27,115 bases of DNA, from contig NW_021827558.1 in the NCBI RefSeq assembly GCF_006345805.1, positions 1-27,115 of the forward strand. The letters are read 5' to 3'. Shown here piece after piece: positions 1-11,665 of this stretch (positions within the stretch are counted from its first letter, which is position 1; every line of letters starts with the position of its first letter). This DNA comes from Octopus sinensis (lineage: Eukaryota). The notes beneath the pieces are model-generated. The model saw only the letters and a list, made by a program, of their open reading frames with translations, did no database searches and was not told where the DNA came from. Both the position numbers and the translations under genes were made by a program.

Positions 1-218
1 AACAAGGGGCATAGACAAGGATGGTCCAGAAGATTGTTTCGCCTGTGACACGTGTGGGATTATAACTTTGTTTATGTTTCTACGGAATGTGTTATAATCA
101 TAATTAAGTATAACTTCTCTTTATTGCTTGCAAAACGTGGACGTGATTCTCTCGGAGTACACTTCCGACAATAAGGTCTATTTATGTGTACTCACTCGAT
201 TCGATCAGGCCAACGTTG

Positions 219-242
219 ATTATTATTATTATTATTATTATT
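219..242 (-). repeat. (ATT)8 microsatellite = (TAA)n 3' tail of the adjacent RTE-like element
   Basis: Eight perfect ATT units about 20 bp after the stop codon (264) of the minus-strand RTE C-terminal ORF. Confidence 0.8.
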
Positions 243-1468
243 TGCAACATACGTAGAATCATATTAGTTATAATTTACTCGTGCAGCATTAAAAACAATC
301 CTTTGAACCAGCCTCCTCCAACCTTCTCTGTCGTGAGCGAGTTTCCTCAGCTCGTCCAGATCCTCACCACTCCTTAGCCTTTTCTTCACACATTTCAGGT
401 CTCCGTCAAGTGTTTCCGGCAGCGTAACACGTGGGACGTCCACGGAAGCTCGATCCCTCTTCAGGAAGTAGCCCTCCATTGCTATGTTAGCTGGGGCAAG
501 CATGCCAGTCGTAGAATATGGCCAAATAACCTCCACCGCATATTGACGATTTCCACACTCAGAGGGCCAGTTCTGCATCTATTGTATAGCGATTCCTGGT
601 TGATTCTTATAGGCCAGTTCAATCCCAGTAGGGATCTAAGTTGCCTGCGGTGAAAAGAATCGAGTCACGTTGTTCAGTACTAGACATTCCCCAGGTCGCC
701 GAATTAATGTCAGGATTGGTTTGACAAAGGCTTCATACATCCTCAGACGAAGTGACTACAGAGTCGTCGTTTGCCGATCCACTCTTTCTTTATCTTGTTC
801 ATCGTGGCCCAAGCGAGAGCCTTTCTTCTGACGATATCATGGCCGTCCCCAAGTAGAGAACCGAGTTTGTTCGTTTTGCGCCAGGCTTCACTTGAGCTGC
901 TCTCCATCCTCATGATTTCAACGATGTCGGTTTTTCCAACGTCATTTTAAGGAACCATCTGTTCAGCTCAGCAGGTGCCACTTCAAGGAGTCGAAGTAAG
1001 GCCGATTTGTCGTCTGACACGAAGTCGACGTCATCTGCATATACAATTTCGACGATATTGCCAGCATAGAATTTTCGAAGGTCTCGTAGTACCGTCTCCA
1101 GATAGATCACGAATAGCAACGGCGAGAGGGCGTCTCCCTGAGGGGTACCGACGTTGCACGTGAATTCACGGAAAACGCCGTGCCGACCCGCACCTTGAGC
1201 TTGTGTTTTCGATAGTAGTACTCTTATCATATTGACAGAGTCAGGGTCCAGGAATTGTTCCAGTATTTTGAGGAGTATACCACGGCGTACCGTGTCAAAG
1301 GCCCTAGACAGGTCTATTCCCAGGACTGTTGTTGCACTTTTGTATCTCTGGGTGATAGCGCAGTACCACTTGTGGGCCCAGACAGCATCGGCGGTGGATC
1401 TTCCTGTCCTAAATCCACTATGACTCGGGGATAGATAGTTGTCCACTTGTTCTCTTATTCGGTTCAGT
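219..1468 (-). mobile_element. 5'-truncated, frameshifted RTE-clade non-LTR retrotransposon (RT domain + C-terminus)
   Basis: Minus strand: LNRIREQVDNYLSPSHSGFRTGRST, GIDLSRAFD, GTPQGDALSPLLF, YADD. After frameshifts: RWRLFGHILRL and AHDREGWRRLV, typical RTE C-terminal motifs. Ends in a TAA tail. Confidence 0.85.
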
Positions 1469-1469
1469 T

Positions 1470-1863
1470 GATTGATGACATTAAATGTTATTTATTTTAT
1501 TTTTTAAATGTTTTTATTTATCGAATTAAATACAATAAATTATCACGCACGTTATATTATTTTCGTTTTGTGCATGTATGCAGTTAATTCTTATTTTATT
1601 TTTTCGTGCTTTTATGTTTTTATTTTATAATTTTTTTGTTTTTTTATTTGTTTGACTATTAATTAAATTGATTACTGGTAAAATATCTTGCATAAAGTAT
1701 ATTTTGCAAGTGAATTTGTATTCATTTTATCAATTAATTAATATGCATTCATACAGACATTTTTAAATTTATTTCTCTTTAGTATTCTATTGTTTATTTT
1801 GATCTTTTTATTATTCTGATCCTATTCTATTATTCTGATCCTATTCTATTATTCTGATTTTTC
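1470..1863. repeat. RepA copy 1 (subtype A1), unclassified T-rich repeat with 2.5 copies of a 19-nt unit TTATTCTGATCCTATTCTA at 1811-1858
   Basis: Aligns by eye with 14207-14564, 20555-20993 and 23263-23702, starting GACATTAAATGTTATTTATTTT. Confidence 0.9.
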
Positions 1864-2698
1864 AATACACTCAACCCTCTCAAATTGGCTATTTTTGGGC
1901 CTTTCAATTTTGTTGGCAAATTAGATGATAAAATCGATAATTTTTCAAAGAAACTACTTTAATATGTCATGGTCGGCTCATATGGGTGGGCGACACGTAT
2001 GGCCCTACCCATTACATGCTTTTACATGGAAGAGCTTTATAAAATGTCAACGGTTTTTAGAGCGGACCCGGTTTTTGGAAGGACCACAGAAAAAAATTGT
2101 ATAAATCGTTTTATTTTATCCTGAAAATAGTTATATAATAAATTAGACCATGTTTAAATAATTTCTTAAGCTGTTTCTGATTTTATCATTGCTCACAAAA
2201 CCAACATACCCTTCAAAAGTGCTTTTTAAATTTTAAATAAGTATATTTTATTTGAAAAAAAAAAAAAATTGATTCACGTTACATTTTTATACAGATTTAT
2301 CATGTTCCATTAGAAAATAATTCAAAAACAAATGTAAAATATGTGAAAACCACAATCTTTTAACTTTTTTGCTTTAGTGACTGGTATATATAAATACCAG
2401 TTCCTTTGATAAACAGTCCTTGGATGAATCATTCCATTCCAAATGAATCAAAATCTTTCTTGTCAAAGCCTTGAAATTGTTCGTTACCTACTTCTTCGAT
2501 TCTTTGACCAAATTTTGAATTTGCGCATTTTTCGTCATTTTTTATTATATAATGTGACCGGTCGAAAATGAGATACGGCTAAATACGAGCCGTTAAAAAA
2601 TCGATAGTCAATATACCGATAAAAAAAGCCAATTGACAAAATGGCAAACGGCGCGTACTAATGATTGAACCTTTAATCTTTTAAAAAATGAAGTTTTA

Positions 2699-4215
2699 CA
2701 GTACCGCTCAAATGTTTCGGACCACCCTATTTTTCTCAATTTCCAAGTCAATCCTAAATTATTTTTTATACGGTTCTTTAGAGAAACTTATTAGATAAGC
2801 TTAAACACATTTATTCTATTTTAAAAACTTGGACAGATATTCATGTTTGGGCGCAATTTTAAAATTATCGATTTTATACTCGATCATATGTTCCGGACCA
2901 GTTTAAAAAAAACCGAAAATTTATTAAACTTATAAAAAGTTAATAATTAATATTTCCTCCGTTGTTCGTTATAACAGCATTTATTCGCTCTGGAAGTGAA
3001 TTGTATAATTTTTCAATGTACGAATTATCAATCTCGTACCAAATTTTTTTGGTCAAATTCCAGAGCTCTGGAAGATCTTTTGGTTCCGATCATAAAGTTT
3101 TTGTTTTAGTACCGACCACATATTTTCAATAATATTCAGTTCGGGTGACTGGCTCGGCCAAGTTTCTAAGATTTTTATTTGTTTTACTTTGAAAAAAATT
3201 CATTGTCGACATGGACCGATGGGAAGGAGCGCCGTCTTGCTGGAGATACATGGTCTCATCATAAAAATTTTCGAGTCCAACATTTATAATTCTCTGATAC
3301 TCTGCGGAATCAACATTTTTAATGCATAAGACAATGTTTCTCCATCCATTTGCAGCAATAGCTCCCCAGACCATAATGCTAGGAGAAAATTTTCGTGTTT
3401 TTAACAATATTTTGAGTCAAATCTAGAGTTTGGTGGCCTTCTAACATAATTTTTTTGTGTTTGAATGCAAATTTATTTTGCATTCATCACTAAAAATAAT
3501 TTTACCCCCATCATTTTGGCTCCAAGTTAATTTCTCAATGCACCAATTTTTTCTAGCCTTTTATGGCATATGGAAAGACTTGGTTTTGGGCATTGCTTTC
3601 GCCATTCAAATTATTATCTTTCTTTGTAGGCATCTTTTAATTGTATTTGTGCTTACAATAGAATTTAATTTCATATCAAATTTAATTTGATTTGCCGTTT
3701 TTGTGGGGTCTGCTTTCGAAATTCTCACTAATTTGCGTTCAGATCTTGGGATAAAATCTCGGTCGACCAGATTTGGGTCTGTCGGAATATAGTCCACGGA
3801 TGAATATCTGAAATTGTTCTTTGAACAGCAGTTTTGGATATTTTTAATTTTTCGGCAATTTCTCTTTGAAGCTCCATCTTTAAAAAAAGTGATGATAGCG
3901 ACCCGATCAACCAGTGAAACACGCGGCATTTGTTATTATTAGTCTTTTGTTTTTAATTGAATCAAAAATTATTTAAATTTAAAGAGATTTAACTGGTTCG
4001 AAACATATGATTGCAACTGGTCCGGAACATATGATCGAGTCAAAAATCAATTATATTCAATGGCGCCAAACAAAATATTTAAAGAAAATTTTAGAATAGA
4101 ATAAATGTATTTAAGCTTATCTAATAAGTTTCTCTAAAGAACCGTATAAAAATAATTTAGGATTGACTTGGAAATTGAGAAAAATAGGGTGGTCCGAAAC
4201 ATTTGAGCGGTACTG
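2699..4215 (-). mobile_element. Full-length Tc1-family transposon with ~200-bp IR/DR-type TIRs, nested in Ginger-a
   Basis: TA|CAGTACCGCTCAAATGTTTCGGACC... at 2699 and its reverse complement ending 4215|TA. Inverted identity extends about 200 bp. 16-nt DR motif at 2709, 2885, 3994, 4018 and 4190. Confidence 0.92.
2940..3929 (-). pseudogene. Tc1 DD34E transposase, frameshifted
   Basis: IIFSDECK, SIMVWGAI, YLQQDGAPSH, WPSQSPELNIIENMW reconstructed across several 1-nt frameshifts. Confidence 0.9.
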
Positions 4216-4339
4216 TATATCTAAACCAAGTTTGCTTTAAATTAGTCAAATTATTCACAACATTAGCAATTATAATTTACATCATTTTAATTTTTGATAA
4301 TATACATTTCATTGATAGGCGGAAAGTATGTATAAAAAG

Positions 4340-4460
4340 GAGAAGGAAAGAGGCCACGCAGCCCCCAATGAGAGACGCTGAAACAGCCATTGGGTCTTGC
4401 GAGTGTCCTTCATGTACACAGATCAGCGATCCGAGCCATCTGACAAAAGAATTGATTGAA
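4340..4460 (-). mobile_element. CRE-like RLE retrotransposon, extreme C-terminal fragment
   Basis: SINSFVRWLGSLIC and, after a frameshift, DTRKTQWLFQRLSL, homologous to DTRETRWLLQLISV at 6247-6576. Confidence 0.6.
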
Positions 4461-4601
4461 TTTTGATTAAACAGAAAAAAATTGCTGAACAACTTTTCTT
4501 GATCATATTCGGGAATAATTTTAGAAGATCTTTGTTCCTGTTATCACTTAAATAATCTTATTTAAATTAATTTGTAAGAAATCTTTAAATTTCGATTAAG
4601 C

Positions 4602-5923
4602 TATTCTAGCCTCGCTAAGTCTCTGCTATTTTCTTGTATCACAGTACCATCTTCTGCCTCGAGATCAACAACATCCTGTGGCAGATACTCCTCTAAATAT
4701 TGTGAATGTATCAATGTGCTCATTTAAGGCACTTTTCCGTGTTTTTTTATTATTGTCAAGATACAACCCTCCTGACAACTCGATCGCCGATGTTAAAAAT
4801 GGAAATATCATTCTTCCAGGTTCTTTTTCCTAACATTTTTCTTTCGGCATGGTCTGAATTCGAAATTGCTTTCGTTCTCGTGGTTTCATCATTCAATGAC
4901 CAAACCATGCAAGATATTCAGTTGCTTCACTTTGTGTTTCTTTATTCCCCGAATCAATTTGGTGGAATATTTCATTCATTTCGTTTTCTGAGTAGTGATT
5001 ATTAACGGTGTCATCGGCAGAAGCTCCAAACATCAATTCGAATGGAGCGTGCAAAGTGGTCGAATGCTGGACAGAATTATACGACTTGTAATTTCTTCGA
5101 TGATATCGATCCATCTGAATTCAAATTCTTTGAAAAGCACGTAGAAGAAATCATGAACTTCAATGTCTGATTCAGACGCTCTACTTGTCCCTGCACCCAT
5201 GGACACCTAGGACGCCCTCTGACGTGTTTTATACGATATGTTGAGCATAAATCGACTTTTTTTCGTTTACGAATTTCTTGCCATTGTCTGTGTGCAAAAT
5301 GGTTGGTTTTCCAAACATCAGAATTATACTTTTTATTGCACCTGACACCTCCATGGCCGATTTAGTCTTTAGAGGTCTTGTCCAACAAAATTTAGAAAAA
5401 AATCCAACCCAACCAAAAGCCAGCAAAAATTGTCATTGGCATTTGAATAATGCCGTAGATCACTAAAAATCAAAAATATATCTTATATTAGAGTAGATAA
5501 CTACTACCTTTCTCTGACTGTATATGCTCTGATAGGTGTTATACTTGGTCGAATGTTCATAAGTCGTCTTGCAAGACATTGTGGACAAGACCTGAGAACA
5601 AGCATAACTTCATCTCTGCAAGATCCATAGACTAAATTCTTTAAAAGAGAAAGAAGTCTATCACGACCAGGATGTCCATTTTTGAGGTGAACATTTTCAA
5701 TAAATATCCTCTGCTGTTAATCCTCTTCCACAGCGAACACATGCAAAAGAATTCCACTTGTTTTGAAACAAAATAATTGATCCGGCGAGGAGTCTATTAA
5801 TCTGAATAAGGATGTAGTTCTTATAAAATTTCGCTTCTCCTTTAGCAAATTGGATTGTATATTTGATATTTCAGATAGGTTAATTTCTTGCTTTTGTAGC
5901 AGATTGAAACGGACAACCTTCAT
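4602..5923 (-). pseudogene. Ginger-a integrase-like transposase (HHCC zinc finger + DDE core + C-terminal domain), disrupted
   Basis: HLKNGHPGRD...CPQC; D-x-x-D-L motif after removing 5482-5507; HTDNG; GRPRCPWVQGQVERLNQTLK; FNIGDRVVRR. One premature TAA and several frameshifts. Confidence 0.85.
5482..5507 (-). other. Candidate 26-nt spliceosomal intron (GTAGTAGTTATCTACTCTAATATAAG), phase 2
   Basis: Removal gives GAA AG|A TAT ATT TTT GAT (E-R-Y-I-F-D), colinear with D-R-Y-I-A-D of the paralogs. Contains CTAAT near the AG. A separate 1-nt slip remains in the following T run. Confidence 0.65.
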
Positions 5924-6134
5924 AACAAAAAAAACTAACGTGAGGAAAATCTATTACTATTCTATCTGACTAAACCGTTAGAAAACAAAAATTTGTAAAA
6001 AATTTAGAATTATTAAAATTACAAATCATAAAGGTATTAATTAATTGATTAATTTTTTCATTAAAAAAATATTGACGATTTTTTTAACGGCTCGTATTCA
6101 ACCGGTCACATATAAAATAACGTATCTCAACAGA

Positions 6135-6175
6135 AATTGCCATTCCATCTTATCCTCTGCTGCTAATTAAATACT
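6135..6175 (+). mobile_element. 41-nt 3'-terminal shard of a CRE-like element (NCHSILSSAAN*)
   Basis: Exact reverse complement of 12917-12957. Confidence 0.7.
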
Positions 6176-6246
6176 ATGAAAATCGAGAATAATATTAATT
6201 TTACTATAAACGTTTTTATTACAGATACAGAAGTTAATTTATGGAA

Positions 6247-6827
6247 TTAATTAAGAAAATTTAACCGGTCCGAAGTGAACCCCGCAACATAATTGACGTT
6301 GCGTTTGCCTCTCACGATAGCAACGGAGATCAACTGGAGAAGCCACCGGGTCTCACGTGTATCGTGGCTTTTTAATGTGGCTAAGCGTCCAAGCTTCTTT
6401 AGGAAGCGAAGCGATTTCCCACTTATTCCTCCAGTTGTCTCGACCACAATCGGACAGAACACGAATCGATCTCGCAGCGCTTCATATTTTCTCTCCTTCG
6501 CCCTCATCGTTTTTTTTGCGGCATACAGTCTGTCCACTGCGCTCCCGGCAATGTTGGACGGGCAGAGAGTGTCCACACAGGTTGCGTCCTAGACTAGGGG
6601 TTTCCCCTCTTCAAATGGGAAAATTGTGATCTAATCAGGACGTTTTCCATCTCCTCGGTCAAGCCCGACCGGTTCAAGTACGGCCGGGTATCCTGCAGAC
6701 TCCAGGGCTCGCTTGACAATTTCGTTGATCGCCTTGTGTCTTGGAAATCGTCCTGCACTTCTTCGACAAGAGAGATCATGGTGTCCTAACAATCGACGGT
6801 GGCCCCACAACGGCATTTGTGAGTACT
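6247..6827 (-). mobile_element. CRE-like RLE retrotransposon 3' fragment (zinc knuckle + RLE endonuclease)
   Basis: HKCRCG...GHHDLSC...[61 protein letters not shown]. Two in-frame TAG stops. Confidence 0.85.
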
Positions 6828-7624
6828 AGTAAACTATAAATCAAATAAAACAATGATTTTTAAAATTCAAAAATTAATCATTCAACAAGTCTACCTGAAA
6901 ACTAACTCAATATTTTATGAATTTATTATTAAATTTTCTAACATAAATCAAAATATTCAAATAAACAAAGATTTTTTAGTTTTCTTTGAATCAAGAATGT
7001 TGATTTTTCATCCAAAAAATATTCTTATATAAATGGACTTATCTCTGTTCTAATACTAATTTCCTATTCTGTTCTAATACTATTTTTTAAACGTTTATCT
7101 CTTTTAAAATTAAATTAATTTGTGATTAGTATTTTTATATTTTCTAGTATATTAATATTAAAAAAAAATTTGACTTATAATTTCTTCAAAAAATCGTAAA
7201 TAAAATTCGTCGGAATAGCCAGATGGTCATAGGTCTTGATGAAAATCTGTCCCCGCTTTTACGAAAAAGCACACGTGCATGGTTGTCGATGAGTCGACTG
7301 ATCGCAGTCACTCGCCCTCCAGTTCTGTAGATAATCAATCGTTTTCCGTGATTCCCTTAGTACTAAAGCTGACGTAAGAATTTTCTGCTTCTGTCTCCTT
7401 TTTGGTCACCTCAATGCTTGTTCTTTTCTTATTTTTTAAAAACGGATTGTTCATTTTTATGAGATTATTATTATTTAAGCCAAACAAAATCACCGTCTTA
7501 ACCATTAACTAACACGTTCAGATAAAAATTGAAAGAATTCAAATGAGGGTTCGACACTTTTACAAATTTCCCAAACTTGTTATTTATATATTTAATTATT
7601 TGTTTATAAATAACTTTGATTATA

Positions 7625-8097
7625 TTATAATAAAATTTTTTTTTTCGAAATAGAAAAGAAAATGGAACAGGAAGTCAGCTACTAGCCGCAGAGAGAATAG
7701 AGAAACTGTTCCCCCTGAGTACGGCTATTGAGACGCGCTCAAAAAGCCGATTGACCTCGCGGGGGTCGTTTCTGATCCTCCCGAGGTGACGGCCTCTCTC
7801 GGTGAGAAAACGTAGCGTGGCTGGGCCGAATGTGCCTGATGTTTCGACTGAAACAGGCACAAAGAAGAATCTGTCGGCGAGCGAGGCGTACTTGTCTTTC
7901 TTCTGGGTCTCTGCCATCCTCGCCGCTGTGCCAGCTTCGATCGCGGACGCGAGAAAGCATGTTGACGCAAAAGTGTCAGAGCATGTCGCGTCCCAGACGA
8001 TCGCTTTGCCGCACTTGAACGGGATGAGCGAGACGCCGTCCGGCCTCTTGCCATCGCCCCTGTTAAGGCCAGAGGGCTCCAGCTGGCACGTATGACC
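7625..8097 (-). mobile_element. CRE-like RLE retrotransposon 3' fragment; RLE domain in one open frame, followed by a T-rich UTR and A tract
   Basis: [42 protein letters not shown]...KYASLAD...VETSG...ERVSIAVLRGNSFSIL*. Confidence 0.88.
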
Positions 8098-8519
8098 TTT
8101 TATAATAAAATATCTGGTAAACCTAATGTAATTAGATAACCACGTTGCAACTTACAATGCTTTTGTTGTGGATTCAACAAATTTTGTTTTCTTAATAATT
8201 TTATTTGTTTGTTGTTGTGCTTTATCACTTTTATTTATCACTTTTTATTCTTGTATATTAATGTTTAATGTATGTATTAAAATCGATTAAATATATTGTT
8301 GACTTACAGAATTCCTTATAGTATTCGATATTCTGTAATATAATTGGTTTTATTTTGACAATAATTTAATCTTTTTAATGCTAACGATTTAATACTTTTT
8401 GGATATTTTCCAAAACCCTATTTTTTCGTATTTTCATGTTTATTAAGATTGTATTTTGTTGTATTTTTGGGCAAAAATAACAACTCGATATCTGAGCATT
8501 GTATATATGTCGTAAACTA

Positions 8520-8662
8520 CCCTCGCGACCTAGGTTGAGATCGAGACCGTAGGCCAACTTAATGGCGTAACGCCTCGTTTTCTCGAGTTTGTTGGTTAGA
8601 CAAACCCTCTCACCTGTGTCATACCAGCCCTCAAACCCGTAAGTGAGAATCGGTTGTACACA
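8520..8662 (-). mobile_element. LINE reverse-transcriptase thumb-region fragment (not in ORF track)
   Basis: CVQPILTYGFEGW...KLEKTRRYAIKLAYGL resembles the (I/V)xPxLxYGxxxW motif that follows RT domains of APE-type LINEs. Confidence 0.55.
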
Positions 8663-8683
8663 TGTCTTGTATATGTAAATGTA

Positions 8684-9315
8684 CAGTGCTGGTAGAAAAA
8701 AACCGGTTTTGCAGTTAATAATATTTTTTGGCGCATAGCTATTAATTTTCTAAATGAAATTTATTTTTTTTATTTTTTATTTATTGAATGAAATGAAATG
8801 AAATAAAGAGTTTGAAGTTGATTATATGTATAACTTTTTTTACTTTTAAAAAATTTCAATAATCGGCGGAAATTTTAAAAATTTAAATTTTTGCTTGTGA
8901 ATAAAAAACCGGTTTTAAACAAAAAGAGTTAACAAAATCAACAGTTAATATGTTGTGTTGTATCCCGATTAATAAATAGCTCGTATGACCTTTTAGGCAT
9001 ACTATCAATTAACATCTGAATACTTTCACGACGCAATTCGTTCCAAATTTTTGTTAATTTGACTTCCAGATCCAGTTTATTTTTTGCAGGATCTAAAGAA
9101 TACTTCTGCTTCATCATGCTCCAAACATGTTCCATTGGGTTCATGTCTGGAGATTGCGGAGCCCAATCAAGAATTGGAACTTTATTTTCTTCAAAAAACT
9201 TGGTTGTCAATGCAGATTGATGACAGGGAAACAAATCTTGTTGGAAAGTGAACTGATTTAGTCCCATTTTTCGCGCCGAAACGAACAAATTATTCGTTAT
9301 AACTAGGGCAACCAC
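8684..9315 (-). mobile_element. Tc1 3' half with one TIR
   Basis: TA|CAGTGCTGGTAGAAAAAAACCGG terminus; AAAAAACCGGTTTT repeated at ~8696 and ~8903; FQQD...WAPQSPDMNPMEHVW...SMPKR. Confidence 0.85.
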
Positions 9316-9442
9316 AAAGTTGACCTAAAAAAAGCACAAATTGACTTCCATAAAGTCAACAAAATTGATTCAAAAAATGAAAGTTGACCAGAATGTAGAC
9401 CTAAAAAAAGTTTTTCAGGTAATTTTTATGCAATAATTTTTT

Positions 9443-9763
9443 CTAGAAACATGAATTATATAGAATCATATAATATTTGACGTTTTCAGTTTTAAAATTT
9501 CGGTCTTTGGCCAAAATTGTTTGAAAAACTGAAAACGAGCGCTCTACTGAACACGTAGTGGCCTGACACTGGAGTAGTTGAAACTTTTCCAAAGGCAAAA
9601 AAATTCCACCTCCGTTAACAATTTTTAAAATTTCATTCGTGTTCAATCTCTTTTCGATATATTCATTTATTTTACATGTATCTTCTTTGACATCGAGTTT
9701 TCTCAGAAAATTCTCAGAAACAGAAAAAATTTTAGAGCCAATTTGAAAAAAATCAATAATCAA
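9443..9763 (-). mobile_element. hAT-like transposase C-terminal (dimerisation-type) fragment
   Basis: ATTCSVERSFS...RNFKTENVKYYMILY matches the xERxFS hAT C-terminal motif. Confidence 0.65.
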
Positions 9764-10024
9764 AAAATAAAATAAACACGTTTAAATTTAATTAAACTAC
9801 AATTTAATCGCCAATTCCTTTCTATTTGCTGCTTTTAATTTTAAATTTTAACAGAGTTATCAAGTTTTTTTTCGAAAATACTCAAATTAGTGGGAATGCA
9901 GATATGAAAATTAGGACATGACCTATCCCATTAAATAAATACTATCAGATTTTTTTAATATAAACTCATAAAAATGCATGAACGTAGTGTAAACGCAATA
10001 CGTTATGTAAACGGCTTAAAGCAA

Positions 10025-10290
10025 ACAAATAAATTACTCGAAAGCCAGAAGAATGAAGCAGCAGGTATCGGTCAAAGAGCCATATTTGCAGTTTTTCTAG
10101 ATTCGGCAAGGGCAGATGCAGATCCAGGACGAGAAGCGGAGTCAACCAGCGATGTGAGGAAAATGAGTCTGCGCAGGTAACATCCCACACGAGTGCAATT
10201 TCTTCCCTTAACTGGAATAAAGTCTACCCAACTGGGCGTTTTCCGTCCCCACGGTCCAGTCCTACCGGTTCTAACGTTGAGGGGGATGAT
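10025..10290 (-). mobile_element. CRE-like RLE fragment, decayed
   Basis: [22 protein letters not shown]...ALVWDVTCADSFS, then SASRPGSASALAESRKT and KYGSLTD across frameshifts. Confidence 0.75.
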
Positions 10291-11163
10291 ACACCAAATG
10301 TATGTAGTGTATTACTCAGAATGTCCATTAATATTGTCAAATGTTGAATTGAAAACGTTTAATAATCAATTTAATTTTCTTATCAATTATTAATAAATCG
10401 TTTAAACTTGTATAATAAAAATGTTTCATTTAACTTAATTTACCTAATAACGGATATCTTTTTTGTTATTAAGCCACTTTACTTTTTTCTCTTCATGTAG
10501 CCGTAGATAGAATATTCTACGATTAAACGCATTATTGGGGATAATACGCCGAATAAAGTATGCAGTAGTATTACTCATAATGCTCATTAATTAGACCAGC
10601 TGTATTTTGTAAAATTGTTAGACCGTGCTAATGATTACTTTCTTTCTTTGTGTCATTTCTTGTCTGTATTACATTCTTTTATATTTCCAGCATGGATAGC
10701 ATGGTCGAGTTCTGCAGGAGAGACAAAGCCAGATTAGTGGGTGAACTGGGTACCCACAATTGGTTCTCTATAGCTCGTCAGCAAGCTAGTTTTAATTTTT
10801 AAATACACCACATCGACGAATTATATATTTTAACAAATAAATCGGAAGCATCAGCTTTGAAAATCATTTTAAATAGCTTATCTGGCAACATTGTCCTCGT
10901 ACAACTGCTAAAAGATAATCAAGTAACCTCGTTAATCAGAATGAGAATTGATGTTTTCAGTATAGCAGCACACTATCTATCTGATTTTTTTCCAAAGTTT
11001 ATTATAATGAGGAGACAATGACAAATAATTTGAAACAGTGTAATTTGAATGCAAATAACTAAAATTATAATTTTATTTTTTTTAAAATTTCAAGATTTTA
11101 TTTAATTCCTAAAATAGCGTATTATTGACGTGTAGTTTGACATTACTTTTTGTGGTTGATGTA

Positions 11164-11552
11164 TTTATATTTTTCTGTGATGAATTGTTTTTACTTGTTA
11201 TTTATGGTTTTTTTCCTTATTTCTATGTTTATTGGTTCCTTGATCCTTTAATTTTATAATTAATTATTGGTTTGAAGAATCATGTATTTTTAATCATTCT
11301 ATAAACATTATTAATAATGACTGAAGCATTTTAATTGATTTCTCACATTTTTATATTTTCTATATCTAAAAAATATTTATTTTATATTTTTCTCTGATGA
11401 ATAGTTTTTACTTGTTATTTATGGTTTTTTTCATTATTTCTATGTTATTGGTTCCTTGATCCTTTAATTTCTATAATTAATTATTGGTTTGAAGAATCAT
11501 GTATTTTTAAATAAACATTATTAATAAGACTGAACATTTTAATTGATTTCTC
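11164..11552. repeat. Imperfect tandem duplication, ~180-bp units with a 217-bp period
   Basis: 11164-11344 and 11381-11552 share TTTATATTTTTCT.TGATGAAT...GGTTCCTTGATCCTTTAATT...GGTTTGAAGAATCATGTATTTTTAA...TTAATTGATTTCTC. Confidence 0.85.
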
Positions 11553-11665
11553 CCATTGCCCCTAAGATAGAGGTATATATAATTTTTATATTTCAAACGC
11601 AAATATTTGTATTTTTAATATATAAAATATGTTTTTTCGTATTAAAAAAGAGGAATTAATTTATT

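Larger units (their letters stand above)
2553..6110 (-). mobile_element. Complete Ginger/TDD-like (retroviral-integrase-type DDE) DNA transposon with nested insertions
   Basis: Inverted termini TGTGACCGGT...AATACGAGCCGTTAAAAAA at 2553 and its reverse complement ending at 6110. 5-bp direct repeat TATAA at 2548-2552 and 6111-6115. Integrase-type ORF remnants inside. Confidence 0.8.

Noticed and set aside
5463-5507. Alternative 45-nt intron using the downstream TTTTTAG acceptor in Ginger-a
   Set aside because: In frame, but it would delete YIFD including the first catalytic Asp, so colinearity favours the 26-nt version.
7230-7330. Plus-strand MVVDESTDRS as a hAT catalytic fragment
   Set aside because: Only a short motif with no convincing flanking homology. 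Not listed as a feature and not counted in the strand tally.
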